Positions 35,965-49,653 are shown, counted from the stretch's first letter. The stretch: 64,000 nucleotides of DNA from an uncultured virus (IMG/VR IMGVR_UViG_3300027861_004723) (IMGVR_UViG_3300027861_004723); one strand, 5' to 3'. Notes: generated by a model from the letters alone, not told the origin. A program made the numbers and translations.

Positions 35965-38496
35965 ATGGCTATTCTAAATCCAATTTGTACTGATCAAACA
36001 ACGGGTTTATCCCGAACTTTTAAAACTGGCGATATAGCGTCAATATCGAATGTCGATTCGAGTGCAGGGCTAATTATTGGTGGCGCGACAGCTACATCAA
36101 TTGCTATCGGCAGGGCTGCTATCGTCACCACAGTTCGCGGTGGTTTGATTGGTGGTGCAGCCAGCGGCACTACTAATGATGGTGACTTTAGGTTTGGCGA
36201 TGGAACTAGTGAGTTATCTTTCAGTGCCAGCACAAATATACTGAGTCTATTGGGTGCTGCTGCCACGATTACTAGGGGAACAGCGGCCTCAGATGTAGCA
36301 ACAACTGCGCTAACCATCACAGCGCAAAACTACTTCCCTACAGCTACCACTAACATAACTGGTGGTGATTTAATCATAGGCCCCGGCACAGGAGCCAAAC
36401 TACTTACCGTTGTAGACTACACTATTGCAGCAGCCAACAACAACACTGTTGAGGTTGTCGTGGATGGCCTATTGACGGTGCTAACTGCTGGAACAGATTT
36501 CTCTGCAATAACGAGTAATGATGTAACAGCTACAAACATCGCTACCGCAATCGACGGCATCACAGGGGTAAATGCTAGCGCAACCGGAGCGGTCGTGGCC
36601 GTGCTGCGCGACCCCGGTACATACACTCTTGATCTAGACGAATCCGGGACTGGAACTCCTTTTACATTCGACGTAGCCAACGATGGTCGGGCTGTCCTTG
36701 CGAACAATTTGACTGTCGGCGTTCCTACGTCGATGGTGACTGTATTCGACTTCACCAGTACTTCCGGGGTTACATTAGATGTCTTCGTAGATGGCGTGCT
36801 AACCGTTCTTACGCCTGGTGTTGATTTCACGGCTGCGACGAGCAACGATGCTACAGCCACTAGCCTAGCATCAGCGATTAATGGTGTGACAGGTGTTAGC
36901 GCGACAGCATTCCGCAACATAGTAACAACTCGACCGGATGCAGGTGTGCGATCTGTAGAGCTTGACGAGCACGGCAGCATGATGACTACGACGAGTCGTA
37001 ATCCATCAGCAGAAAGTGGCGGTGACCTTCACTGTAGCGACGGGGTAGGAACCCTGTCTTGGAACGCCAACATCCAGGAGTTCTACGTGGGTATGCCAAC
37101 CAGTCGCGGCATACTATACGACGGTGGTAGTTGGATCGATGCGAACAATGGCTTTCTGTCCGTCCTCACCGGAGGTGTAGGCACTCCGTTAGGTGTCGAT
37201 CCGCACGATACGGCTGTCCGTATTAGTGGTTCTGGCTATGTCCGCATTGGAACCGATGATACGGGAGGCTCCGGCAGCGCAGCTGATTGGGGTGATCTTA
37301 GCGCAGGGGTCAATGGTGGGTTCGAGTTGTTCTGGGACGCAAGTGCAGGTAACTTGGCCGTCGAGAACATCACTACCGCTGGAACCCTAACGGGCCCTAG
37401 TATGGTTATGAACCGAGCCACTCTAGGTGACGCGTCAGCTAATCTAATAAAGATTGATAATGGAGGTACTATTTTCACAAGCACGGGGGCAAACGTCCAA
37501 CTTGGCCCTGTCTACTACGACCCAAACACTGGTCAAAAAATAAGATTTGGTGCTTCGATTATGATCGATGGCGATGGTGTGGTTAACACCATCAACGGCG
37601 ACGACGGCGCAAATCCTCGCACCGAGGCACTGTTCAAGCTCACGGTTGATGGCACGCGGAACCTAGCCACTGACGGTCCTATCACAGCTAACAACTTGAC
37701 TACAGGCTCAGTAACTCTCAGAGGGTTCCTAGCCTCAGCCCCAACAGTCCAGGAAACGGTCACTGATAATGGTGCGGGTGCCTTTCCTGTCAGCACATTG
37801 CTTCCATCGGGCGGGACCATCACTTATGCTACAGGCGCAACGACTGGGACAACGGCATCTCTAGTGGCCACGTCTGAGCTTGTTGCAGCTTACCTTGTAG
37901 ATAATACTGCTGGCGAGGCCCTCACCCCTCGTGGGGGTAATGGAACAGGTACGGCAGCAGGTGGCCCACTAAACTGTAAAGGCGGTGCTGGTGGTGCAAC
38001 AGGCGCTGGTGGTGATATATCTCTAATTTCTGGTGCTGGTGGTGCTACTTCTGGAGGAGCCGGAAGTATTGATATCAGTGTAGGTGCAACGGTTTCTGGA
38101 ACACCAGGCACAGTAACAGTAAACAGCCTTCCCCTCCCAACTGTTTTGGGACAAGCAACCGGAGTAAATCTAGACGCTGTCAGCACTGATGTGCTCTATA
38201 CGGTTCCGACAGGCCGCAGTGCAGTCATTACTTCTGTAGCGGTTAGGCTAACTGCAGCAACTGCAGCTGCTGGTGATTCTATTGTTAGTGTGGGAACTAA
38301 TGCATCTTCTTATGATAATATCATAACGTCTTCAACTCTGACTGGGCTAGATGCCCTTACAGAGACTTTTGTAATAGTTACTGGGGGGCTTATTCATACA
38401 GCCGCAGCAGCCGAGGTTGTAACCTTTAATATCACTACTGCGGATACTGGAACTACGGCTACAGCTGCGGTTGAGCTGATTGGTTATCTGCTTTAA
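35965..38496 (+). CDS. Large Gly/Thr/Ala-rich virion fibre-like protein
   Basis: TATAAT-6nt-ATG; two ~80-aa internal repeats (VDGxLTVLT.G.DF...SND.TAT); Gly-rich GGAGGATG; C-terminal LYTVPTGR domain. Confidence 0.7.
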   Translation: MAILNPICTDQTTGLSRTFKTGDIASISNVDSSAGLIIGGATATSIAIGRAAIVTTVRGGLIGGAASGTTNDGDFRFGDGTSELSFSASTNILSLLGAAATITRGTAASDVATTALTITAQNYFPTATTNITGGDLIIGPGTGAKLLTVVDYTIAAANNNTVEVVVDGLLTVLTAGTDFSAITSNDVTATNIATAIDGITGVNASATGAVVAVLRDPGTYTLDLDESGTGTPFTFDVANDGRAVLANNLTVGVPTSMVTVFDFTSTSGVTLDVFVDGVLTVLTPGVDFTAATSNDATATSLASAINGVTGVSATAFRNIVTTRPDAGVRSVELDEHGSMMTTTSRNPSAESGGDLHCSDGVGTLSWNANIQEFYVGMPTSRGILYDGGSWIDANNGFLSVLTGGVGTPLGVDPHDTAVRISGSGYVRIGTDDTGGSGSAADWGDLSAGVNGGFELFWDASAGNLAVENITTAGTLTGPSMVMNRATLGDASANLIKIDNGGTIFTSTGANVQLGPVYYDPNTGQKIRFGASIMIDGDGVVNTINGDDGANPRTEALFKLTVDGTRNLATDGPITANNLTTGSVTLRGFLASAPTVQETVTDNGAGAFPVSTLLPSGGTITYATGATTGTTASLVATSELVAAYLVDNTAGEALTPRGGNGTGTAAGGPLNCKGGAGGATGAGGDISLISGAGGATSGGAGSIDISVGATVSGTPGTVTVNSLPLPTVLGQATGVNLDAVSTDVLYTVPTGRSAVITSVAVRLTAATAAAGDSIVSVGTNASSYDNIITSSTLTGLDALTETFVIVTGGLIHTAAAAEVVTFNITTADTGTTATAAVELIGYLL

Positions 38497-38502
38497 GATA
38501 GA

Positions 38503-38781
38503 CTATATCGTCTTAATAGGTTTTGCTGCGGCATTTCCAAGGAAAAGCCCAAGTATTACAACCAGAAGGAGAAAAGAAATGTTAGTGACTTTTTTCTCAC
38601 CTTCCCCAAAACCATCATAGCCAAAAAGTGACGCTGATGCGGTATGATACTGCCCAGGACTAATAACTGATCTATCCATCTTTACACATTCATTCCACTG
38701 AGCATTCCACGCGTAACCTGGTTGGCAGCGGCTGCAGTATTCTCTATCTGGTATCCAGGTTAATCCTTCGGGACACTCCAT
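38503..38781 (-). CDS. Small Cys-repeat protein with C-terminal TM helix
   Basis: CPEGLTW...C and CQPGYAWN...C; SLFGYDGFG; TM helix. Confidence 0.7.
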   Translation of the reverse strand: MECPEGLTWIPDREYCSRCQPGYAWNAQWNECVKMDRSVISPGQYHTASASLFGYDGFGEGEKKVTNISFLLLVVILGLFLGNAAAKPIKTI

Positions 38782-38782
38782 A

Positions 38783-38980
38783 TTAATTCTCCTTGGTCTC
38801 TTCTTGCAAAATGTATTTAGTCATATCCGGTACATCAAAAGCTTCACCGCTGGCTATTTTAAGCAAAAGTTGTCGGTCCTCTTCTTTGAATTCAAGCTCA
38901 AGAGTTTCCGTATCGAAAAAATAAATAATTTCGGCTACGCCATCCTCTGTAAGAATAGGCCTAATACATTTAAGTTTCAT
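38783..38980 (-). CDS. Small hypothetical protein
   Basis: TATAAT-6nt-ATG. Confidence 0.7.
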   Translation of the reverse strand: MKLKCIRPILTEDGVAEIIYFFDTETLELEFKEEDRQLLLKIASGEAFDVPDMTKYILQEETKEN

Positions 38981-39057
38981 GATGTAATTATACTATTTTT
39001 TTCAGAACAGAAGGTTGCTATTAGAAGAAAATCCAGTATATTAAATTCAGAGGCAAA

Positions 39058-39372
39058 ATGGGCTCCTGTACCTGTAAATCTATAGACCTATTCAACTATG
39101 GTTGTCGTTGTAAGAATAACCCGCTCCGGGTATGGCACAACGGAATTGATTGGGTTGTGGCCAAAGATAGAGAAGAAGCTTGTGAAGTTCTTCAGGGGTG
39201 GACCGGATGTCTAGCCGATGAATTTTCTATCTCAGACTGGTGCCCAGTAGATGATGACATATCTCTAACTTTTCATGATGGACCGGATGATGACAGCAGA
39301 ACTACTCTAACCGCAAAAGAGTGGGTGGAGGAAATTGGTAAGCCAGAATATATAGATTCGAGAATATATTAA
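39058..39372 (+). CDS. Hypothetical protein with N-terminal CxC-x8-GCxC module
   Basis: GAGG SD; MGSCTCKSIDLFNYGCRCK. Confidence 0.75.
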   Translation: MGSCTCKSIDLFNYGCRCKNNPLRVWHNGIDWVVAKDREEACEVLQGWTGCLADEFSISDWCPVDDDISLTFHDGPDDDSRTTLTAKEWVEEIGKPEYIDSRIY

Positions 39373-41584
39373 GCCCTCTCTATGAAGGATATGTAGTAGG
39401 CAATTCTGTAGGGCAACACACCTGCATTACGAGTAAAGGTAAATCTAACATTAGCACCGGACGTTGTAATAGCGGTGGTGACATTAGCAATATCAGACCC
39501 ATCGGTAATTGCGGTAAAGACGGGAGATCCAACTAGTGTAGCTGTCCCAGCAGTGTTGTGCACTAACATTTGGCTTACCACAAAACTTCCTCGATCAGTA
39601 GGGGTTCCCGCTACGTGGTTCACAACCATATTTATTTGGAAGCTATAGGCACGACCTGTATCAGTTGGTATGTCAATGTCTACGGATGCCCCGAAGCCCA
39701 CCTCGTGCGCGATGAAACTCCATTGAGCATTAGCAGGACCTTTTGGATAAGGACCTACATCGCTGCTTCCACTGGAGATTTGCGCAGAGAAAGCACGCTG
39801 TCCGGTAATATCTGCTCCAGCGGTTTTACCATGAGCCATACAGTTCTGAGCCTCAATGGTTGTTGTGAAGCCTCCGAGAATGGTTGAGTAACCAGCACCA
39901 ACATCGATTTGGCTGTAATAACCAAAAGCTTGGGAGTTGTAGCCATCTGCGTAGCAATAATAGCCACCCATTGCAACGTTGCCTGGATAATCACCATAAC
40001 CGGCGCGACAGTAAGATCCAAATGCAAAGTTATTTAAACTATGCGTGGTTGTCCCCTTGCCTATGGCAACTGTGTTATAGTCATTAGCCTCACAGCGATA
40101 ACCTACGGCTAATGAATTATCTCCTGCTAGGGTGTTATAGTAACCAAAAGTGGTTGAGTTGCTAACAGCTCCAACAGTATGATTTTCACCACTTGCAAAA
40201 GCGCGATAAGCGTCTGCTGAGGTTGTATTGTTATAGCCCATGACTACATTAACACGACCGCTTCCTCCAGAGGTTATAGTATTACCCCTTCCTTGAGCAA
40301 ATGAATATGGGGTGCCAATGCTATTACTATATCCTTGTGCAAAAGAGTAGGCACTGCTGATTGTGTTTCCGCGACCCTGTGATAGAGAATAGGCCGCATC
40401 AATGGTATTACCTTGTCCCTGCGCGAAAGAGTTGTATGCTCCAGTGTTTATATCATTAGAGTATCCTTGGGCAAAGGTGTTATCCGCGTAGCTAATAGTG
40501 TTATAGCTGCCTTGCATAAATGTTTGATAGTTATATGATCCAGTATTGCCCTCTAGGTAGTTATAATAGCCTTGTATAAAGCTGTTATAGCCATAATACA
40601 TAGTGTTGTCTCTACCCTGTAGAAAGTTGTTGTATCCGTCACCAGTGGCTTCGTTACCGCTTCCTTGCATAAAAGTCTGATTCTGTTCTGTGTTATTTCC
40701 ATCGCCTGCAGCGAAACTAGCATCACCACTAGCATTGTTACTAAGACCTATTGATACGGAGTTTGTTCCTCCGGCATCCGACCCATTACCTTGCGCTAAA
40801 GAGTTTTCTCCAGAAGCAGTCGGGAGCGTAGCACCCTTACCAATAGCAGCATTAGTTCCAACACCATCACTGAAGAAGCCGCCCCCGCCACCACCACTTC
40901 CAGAGGTAACACTATCAAGAATAATGGTTCCGTCTGCCACACTGACACCAGCAATACGGGCCACCACTTTTTCGTTGGTTCCTGGGGTTACGCTAATGGC
41001 TCCGAAGTATCACTTAGATAAACTGTATCTCCGACATTAGCAAAGGAGCTAGTATCTAGCCCGTTGAAGCTGCCTTCAATTAGAACACTGCCGCATTCGC
41101 CTATGCCTATGTCGGCAGACGCTAAACCAAGAACGGCGCACGTCGTTACGCCAGTTGCTGTACCCAGCATACAACTTTGGAAGTGGAACAGTTATATACT
41201 TTTGCAGTGATGCCCACCTCAATAACAGTCTAGAACTGTCAACTGCCTTTATAGACGATAAGTGCTTCGTAAAAGCCCAAAATGTCAGCGGCAGTATTAT
41301 CACTAAGGGCCAGCTTGTATACCAGAGTGGCTTTGATGGTACTCTACAGCTTCCTAATATTAACATTGCATTTTGATATTACTTGGTAATACCCGGATGA
41401 AGCTCTTAAGAGTCCCATCAGAGTATATGCTATCAGCCGCAGTAACTTCACTAGGATTCGCACCAATATAGCTCAAGCTAGCCAGAGTTTGCGTAGTGCA
41501 CCCACAAGCAGTAGTACCTAGTATTTTCTCAACATAAGCTCTGTTGATAATAATATATTCCCCTATTGAAAAATTTATAGCCAT
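39369..41584 (-). pseudogene. Virion fibre/adhesin-like gene (YadA-head-like FxQGxxN repeats) disrupted by a ~200-bp inversion and a 1-nt frameshift
   Basis: Four track ORFs (41360..41584-, 41155..41376+, 40988..41170-, 39369..40967-) join into one frame after re-inverting ~41170-41371 and adding 1 nt near 41004. Confidence 0.75.
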
Positions 41585-41653
41585 ATTTAGTCCTTATCTA
41601 GTTTAGTATACCAATTAAGTGGTGAGTCATCCATCTTTTGCTACAATCAATCT

Positions 41654-42526
41654 ATGAACTATTCCGCACATGGATGTGATGCTTTAAATCAGGCTCTTAA
41701 TAACAGCTACCAGAAAACAGATCCGACTAAATTTTGCTACACAGTCCCTCAGGATTGGAAACTTATCTCTCCCAAGGAAAAACCAAAAACAAAAGTCAAC
41801 TATGTTATAGCTACCTGGTCTGGAAAACGTCGAAAAGGTAATAATCAGATTTTAGAAGATCCCACTGCATATATACAACAACACCTCGATCATATTAGGC
41901 GATTAGATAATAATCTAACACAAATAACTATCATGGTTCCGCATAACCCCAAGGAATCACCTAGATTTACAGATTTTATATCCCAGATACCCAGTAAGGT
42001 AGTGGGCACCGAAACCGATATCTCTATTTTGCGCAGGCCCAACGAGGGGCAGTCGTATGGCTCCTACGTCGATTGCTATAAAACTTATACAAACCAGTTT
42101 GACTACTACATATTTGCGGAAGACGATTATGTTCCTGCTCAGCATAATTTTGATCAGATTTTAATCCAAATGTTCAATGCTTGTCAATCCTGCGGTTATC
42201 TTTGCAGTAGGGTATGCAACTACCCCCCAACCACAGGACGCCCCCACGCCGCAATAAGCAATGGTATTACGAGTTCCAGTATATTAAAATCACTAGTTGA
42301 TAAATTAGGGGATATACCTTGCGGGAGAGCATCCACCAGGAAGTATAAATATGCCGCCGTGCCACAACTAGAATTCTCTTGGGGATTTCTAGACTCTAAG
42401 CATTGGCTGTACGACTATTCTACTCACTACTGCGCTCCCTATCATCATGTAGGAAGCATACAACACTACGGAAGCATTAAAAAGCCTCCGCTGTTTGTCC
42501 CCCTTCAAACCAAAGGACTTAGATAA
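41654..42526 (+). CDS. GT-A fold glycosyltransferase-like protein
   Basis: TTTGcTACAAT-6nt-ATG; RPNEGQSYG, DYYIFAEDDY (DxD-like motif). Confidence 0.65.
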   Translation: MNYSAHGCDALNQALNNSYQKTDPTKFCYTVPQDWKLISPKEKPKTKVNYVIATWSGKRRKGNNQILEDPTAYIQQHLDHIRRLDNNLTQITIMVPHNPKESPRFTDFISQIPSKVVGTETDISILRRPNEGQSYGSYVDCYKTYTNQFDYYIFAEDDYVPAQHNFDQILIQMFNACQSCGYLCSRVCNYPPTTGRPHAAISNGITSSSILKSLVDKLGDIPCGRASTRKYKYAAVPQLEFSWGFLDSKHWLYDYSTHYCAPYHHVGSIQHYGSIKKPPLFVPLQTKGLR

Positions 42527-42609
42527 AAAATAGCTAAAAACCACAAAAATCACACTACTAAGTGTTGCCAGTAAGAACACACCATCTATAATGAAGGATG
42601 GGAGATAAC

Positions 42610-43464
42610 ATGAAAAATACAATCCTAGTCCTGTCCTTGCTCATCCCTGCCCTAGCCTGGGGGCAAGAAAACCCAAAGCCTGCCCCGGTAGAAAAAAAAG
42701 TAGAAAAAGAACCCCCCGTCACATACTTTGTGAGGGCTGAGGAGGGGATCCGCCCAACAAAGAACATTATCTATCTTTTCGATTGCTCCACATCCATGGG
42801 TGAGGATGATCGATTTTTAAAAGCCACTCGGGAGATTAATCGTATTCTGCAATACCCCCTTGACGATGGTATGTTTAGTATGATCGGCTTCAAAACAGAA
42901 GGAACAACAGGCCATAACCTATTTTCTGTATGGCCTGGAATCAAAGAAAAGAATACTCCTAAAAACTGGGCTAGGCTGCCAAGTGCCTTAGCACTAAAAT
43001 CCGCCAATAAGTATCTAGGTAGCGTGGGCTGTATGATGTGGACAGATATATACCCAGCAATCGAAAAAGCTTTTAAATCAAATGAGAAAAGAGAGAGGCT
43101 TACCATCATCTTATTCAGCGATGGCAATAATACTTACCCCAACTGGAGGGGGGAGAAGCCATCCGCCGTAGCTAAGAAAATCGAAAAACTACAAAAGGCT
43201 AGGATTAAGGCTGGGAAAGATAAGATCTTTATTTACATTTTCGGTGTTGGGGTAAATCAAAATGTAAAGATGCTATCTGCAATTGCAAAAGCAGGTAATG
43301 GCAGCTACCTCACTTTGGAAGCATATTGCAAGAAATGTGCAGCACATAAAACGCCCCGCGCCGATATGCAGCAATTCCATGAAGCAGATCACAAGAAGCC
43401 AAAATCCAGATACGATGATGGGGCCCCGCACCTAAGCCCAGATGATTTTCGATATTTTCGATAA
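42610..43464 (+). CDS. Secreted VWA-domain protein
   Basis: GGAG SD; signal peptide; YLFDCSTSM, ILFSDG, IYIFGVG, LSAIAKAGNGSY. Confidence 0.85.
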   Translation: MKNTILVLSLLIPALAWGQENPKPAPVEKKVEKEPPVTYFVRAEEGIRPTKNIIYLFDCSTSMGEDDRFLKATREINRILQYPLDDGMFSMIGFKTEGTTGHNLFSVWPGIKEKNTPKNWARLPSALALKSANKYLGSVGCMMWTDIYPAIEKAFKSNEKRERLTIILFSDGNNTYPNWRGEKPSAVAKKIEKLQKARIKAGKDKIFIYIFGVGVNQNVKMLSAIAKAGNGSYLTLEAYCKKCAAHKTPRADMQQFHEADHKKPKSRYDDGAPHLSPDDFRYFR

Positions 43465-43500
43465 TCCCAAGCCAAGCATTGAGATCAAATTAAACACTTT

Positions 43501-43527
43501 AAAATGGGGCTTTTTTAGCCCCGTTTT
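43501..43527 (+). terminator. Probable terminator
   Basis: aaaatggggct-tttt-tagccccgtttt. Confidence 0.6.
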
Positions 43528-43574
43528 CGCGTTTAAATAATAATCTAATTAGTTTGGCCAGGTCTTGTAATTAA

Positions 43575-46075
<2,501 letters not shown>

Positions 46076-46076
<1 letters not shown>

Positions 46077-46477
46077 TGCAGATATCTCATTCTTTTAAAA
46101 TAGAAATCATAACAGTAAAAAAGCTTGATTATAAGGTCCCTTATTACGGGGCACCCGATGGTTTAGAAGGTTATGAGGTATTTGGAACAATCTCGACAGA
46201 AAGCAAATACCCCTACCCCAATGGTAGATCCCTTTCTAAAGACGGGATGCGTGAGAGGCTGTGGCATATCGATGCGATAATGGTTTCCATACCCCAATTC
46301 GGATCGCATGAAAATGGTTTTGTAAGAGTTGGGCTGATGGGGGCCAATAATGGTTTGGTTGAAGATATCGCAGCTAACTACTTAAAAACAATAAATTTAG
46401 ATAATTACTTGATCGCAAAATGCGGCTGCGATTTAAATCAAATAATGATTACAGGCTGCTCCTGCGGAGGAGAATAA
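46076..46477 (+). CDS. Hypothetical protein with C-terminal CxC-x8-GCxCGG module, between gyrB and gyrA
   Basis: TAATG coupling to gyrB; ends KCGCDLNQIMITGCSCGGE. Confidence 0.8.
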
Positions 46478-48904
46478 ATGACTAATATAACACAAGACAT
46501 CGTCCCAGTTAACATTCAAGATGAGATGCAAGAGTGCTATCTAGATTACGCCATGAGCGTAATTAGAGGTCGAGCCTTGCCCGATGTTCGAGATGGGCTA
46601 AAGCCCGTTCACAGAAGATCCCTCTACGGTATGTTGAGAATGTCTAATCACCATAATAAGTCGCATATTAAATCGGGCCGTGTGGTTGGTGAAGTAATGG
46701 GTAAGTATCACCCCCACGGTGATAGCTCTATTTACATGACTATTGTTCGAATGGCACAAAAATTTTCCATGCGCTACCAATTAGTAGATGGCAAGGGAAA
46801 CTTTGGATCAATCGATGGTGATAGTCCTGCTGCTATGCGTTACACTGAAGTTCGAATGCAGAAGTTCACAGAAGAGCTACTGCAAGACCTAGACAAAGAC
46901 ACCGTAGATTGGCGTCCCAATTACTCCAATGATTTTCTAGAGCCGCTGGTTTTGCCTACCAAGATACCCAATCTATTGATTAACGGATCATCCGGAATCG
47001 CTGTTGGCATGGCAACTAACATCCCCCCACATAATTTGACCGAAGTTTTAAACGGAGCAATCGCGCTACTCAGAAACCCCTCGATGACTATCGAGGATGT
47101 GATGAGCTATATACCGGCCCCAGATTTTCCAACAGCTGGAGAAATAGTAGGAACATCCGGCATAAAGCTAGCATATAGAACAGGGCGCGGAATCTTCAAA
47201 TTGCGAGCAAAAGCTGAAATAGAACTCATTGGGCAAAAACAGAGAATAACTATTACGGAACTTCCTTACCAGGTCAATAAGGAAAAGCTTGTTGATAAAA
47301 TCAAAGAGTTGGACGCAGAGAAGATCATTACGGGTATTTCCAGCATTAAAGATCTGTCAAATAACAAAGGTAAGGCCAGCGTTCTCGTTCAGATAGACTT
47401 GAAGCGCGGAGAAGTAGCAGATGTAGTTCTTAATCAATTATTCAAGCATACTAATTTACAGGTTAGTTTTGGGATGAACCTCCTTGCTATTTGCGATGGA
47501 ATGCCCCGTGTTCTAAACCTCAAAGAAATACTCCAATATTTCTTGGACCATCGTCGTGAAGTAGTTATGCGACGAACAATGTATAGGTTGAGAAAAGCAG
47601 AGGCTAGGGCTCATCTATTGGAAGGGTTAAAAATAGCAGTAGAGAATATAGATGATATTGTAAAGCTAATTAAAGGGGCAGAAGGCCCATCAGCCGCTAA
47701 GCTAGCTCTGATCTCTGCTTACCTTCTTAGTGATATACAGGCCCAAGCTATTCTGGACATGAAACTTCAGCGATTAACGGGGTTGGAACAAGAAAAAATT
47801 CTATCGGACTACCAAGAAGTGCTGGATCTAATAATTAGTTTAAAAGAGCTTCTGGCAGATGATGATAAGATAACCGATGTTATTGAAACAGAGTTTCGTG
47901 AAATTCTTTCTAGTTACGGAGATGATAGACTAACTGCAATAAAAGCCGCTGTTGGCGATATTAGCATGGAAGATGTTACAGAAAAAGAAGACGTTATTGT
48001 AACCATTACCCACAAGGGCTATCTAAAGAGAATGCCGGTTGATACATATAAAACCCAGAAACGAGGAGGCACAGGGGTTAAGGGCAGCAGCAGCGATGAA
48101 GATTTCTATACGGATATCTTTATGGCTAATACACATGATATATTGCTATTCTTTACCGATGCTGGAAAGATGTTTTCTAGAAAAGTGTATGAAATTCCCA
48201 TGGGATCTAGAACGTCTAAAGGCAAGAACGTAGTAAATATACTACCGATTAGTTCTGACGAAAAGATCAAGTCCATTTTAGTGCAACCTAAAGACACTTC
48301 CGGTAAGTTCATCGTTTTTGCTACCGAACAAGGCCTGATCAAAAAGAGCCATCTATCTGATTATGAAAATATACGTCAATCTGGGTTAAAGGCTCTCAAG
48401 CTCGTTGAAGGCGATAATATCGTCAATGTCAGCATTACTGAGGCAGGCAACGACATACTTATGTGCGCTACTTCCGGTAAATTTATTAGGTTCAACGAGA
48501 GTGGAGTAAAGCCTAAAGGACGAGTATCACAAGGATCCCGAGGTATCAGCCTGTTCTACGGAGAAAAGGTAATAGGTATGGAGATTATTACGGGCCCTGG
48601 GGAAATTCTTTCCCTTACTGAACGAGGTTATGGCAAGCGCACTAATATCGATCAATATAGGCAGCAAACGCGTGGTGGCAAGGGAGTTCTGGGTATGCGA
48701 CTCACCCTAAAGGTCGGCCCGCTAGCCGCAGTCAAGTTTGTCAGGGAGAGCGATGATTTGGTCATAATTACTGATAACGGCCAGGTAATCAAGACAAAAA
48801 TGAGCGAGGTTTCTAGCCTTAATCGCTCTACCCAAGGAGTAAGAATCATTCGACTCAAGAAAGATGAAAAAGTCGTAGCCATTGAGAATATTTCGGATGT
48901 TTGA
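46478..48904 (+). CDS. gyrA: DNA gyrase subunit A
   Basis: [22 protein letters not shown], catalytic AAMRYTE, GyrA-box-like QKRGGTG, beta-pinwheel repeats. Confidence 0.95.
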   Translation: MTNITQDIVPVNIQDEMQECYLDYAMSVIRGRALPDVRDGLKPVHRRSLYGMLRMSNHHNKSHIKSGRVVGEVMGKYHPHGDSSIYMTIVRMAQKFSMRYQLVDGKGNFGSIDGDSPAAMRYTEVRMQKFTEELLQDLDKDTVDWRPNYSNDFLEPLVLPTKIPNLLINGSSGIAVGMATNIPPHNLTEVLNGAIALLRNPSMTIEDVMSYIPAPDFPTAGEIVGTSGIKLAYRTGRGIFKLRAKAEIELIGQKQRITITELPYQVNKEKLVDKIKELDAEKIITGISSIKDLSNNKGKASVLVQIDLKRGEVADVVLNQLFKHTNLQVSFGMNLLAICDGMPRVLNLKEILQYFLDHRREVVMRRTMYRLRKAEARAHLLEGLKIAVENIDDIVKLIKGAEGPSAAKLALISAYLLSDIQAQAILDMKLQRLTGLEQEKILSDYQEVLDLIISLKELLADDDKITDVIETEFREILSSYGDDRLTAIKAAVGDISMEDVTEKEDVIVTITHKGYLKRMPVDTYKTQKRGGTGVKGSSSDEDFYTDIFMANTHDILLFFTDAGKMFSRKVYEIPMGSRTSKGKNVVNILPISSDEKIKSILVQPKDTSGKFIVFATEQGLIKKSHLSDYENIRQSGLKALKLVEGDNIVNVSITEAGNDILMCATSGKFIRFNESGVKPKGRVSQGSRGISLFYGEKVIGMEIITGPGEILSLTERGYGKRTNIDQYRQQTRGGKGVLGMRLTLKVGPLAAVKFVRESDDLVIITDNGQVIKTKMSEVSSLNRSTQGVRIIRLKKDEKVVAIENISDV

Positions 48905-48905
48905 G

Positions 48906-49109
48906 CTATCCTACCATCTTCAGACCGTAGTAGATTCCAGCACCGAAGAGAATACCCCAATCCAAAGCGACAAGAGCATTACCAGGATTGGCACCTACAA
49001 CCGCTTCCCTGAGTTGAAAGCCAACAAGAGTACCAAACAGGAGAAAGATCACCCACTGAGCGGTGATCTGCTCTTTACTTGGAAAAGGTAGCCTTGAAAG
49101 AATATTCAT
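48906..49109 (-). CDS. Small 2-TM membrane protein
   Basis: TTTGcTAAACT-6nt-ATG. Confidence 0.7.
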   Translation of the reverse strand: MNILSRLPFPSKEQITAQWVIFLLFGTLVGFQLREAVVGANPGNALVALDWGILFGAGIYYGLKMVG

Positions 49110-49167
49110 TACTCAAGTTTAGCAAAATATCACTAATCTAACAACACACTCACACAAGGATTAAATC

Positions 49168-49653
49168 ATGGGAGTCGATCAGACTTTTTATTACGGACCC
49201 TATATCAAATGTACTTACGAAGGAAAGCCAGGAACTCGTAAAGTTTTTTACTGCCTCCAGGATATACTACACAAAGTATCTAGCCAAGACACCTTCTGCT
49301 CTGCCTGCGGAAGCCAGGTTATGTCAAAAACGGAAACAACAGGCAAAACAATCAGTGATGTTTGTACGTGGGAGATAGCTACCGAAATAGACGAGCGCCT
49401 GTATCCAGCCAGTTCGATGGGGGGAGCCTTTGGCGAAGCTAAAACCGACTACTGGAAGTCTAATATTAGAGATACTATAAGCAGAAATACTAGCTTAGAG
49501 CAATATGAAGAAGCCTCTCTTGAGGTAACCCCAGAGTTAGTTCAAAGCGAGATAGCGGCACTATCGGCTTTCTTTCCTAAAGAAATAGAAATACTCAAGA
49601 AACACTATAAAGATGTTCGAGTTGTTTGGGGGATTTTATCCTACTGCAACTAG
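49168..49653 (+). CDS. Hypothetical protein with zinc ribbon
   Basis: AAGGA SD; FCSACG. Confidence 0.7.
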   Translation: MGVDQTFYYGPYIKCTYEGKPGTRKVFYCLQDILHKVSSQDTFCSACGSQVMSKTETTGKTISDVCTWEIATEIDERLYPASSMGGAFGEAKTDYWKSNIRDTISRNTSLEQYEEASLEVTPELVQSEIAALSAFFPKEIEILKKHYKDVRVVWGILSYCN

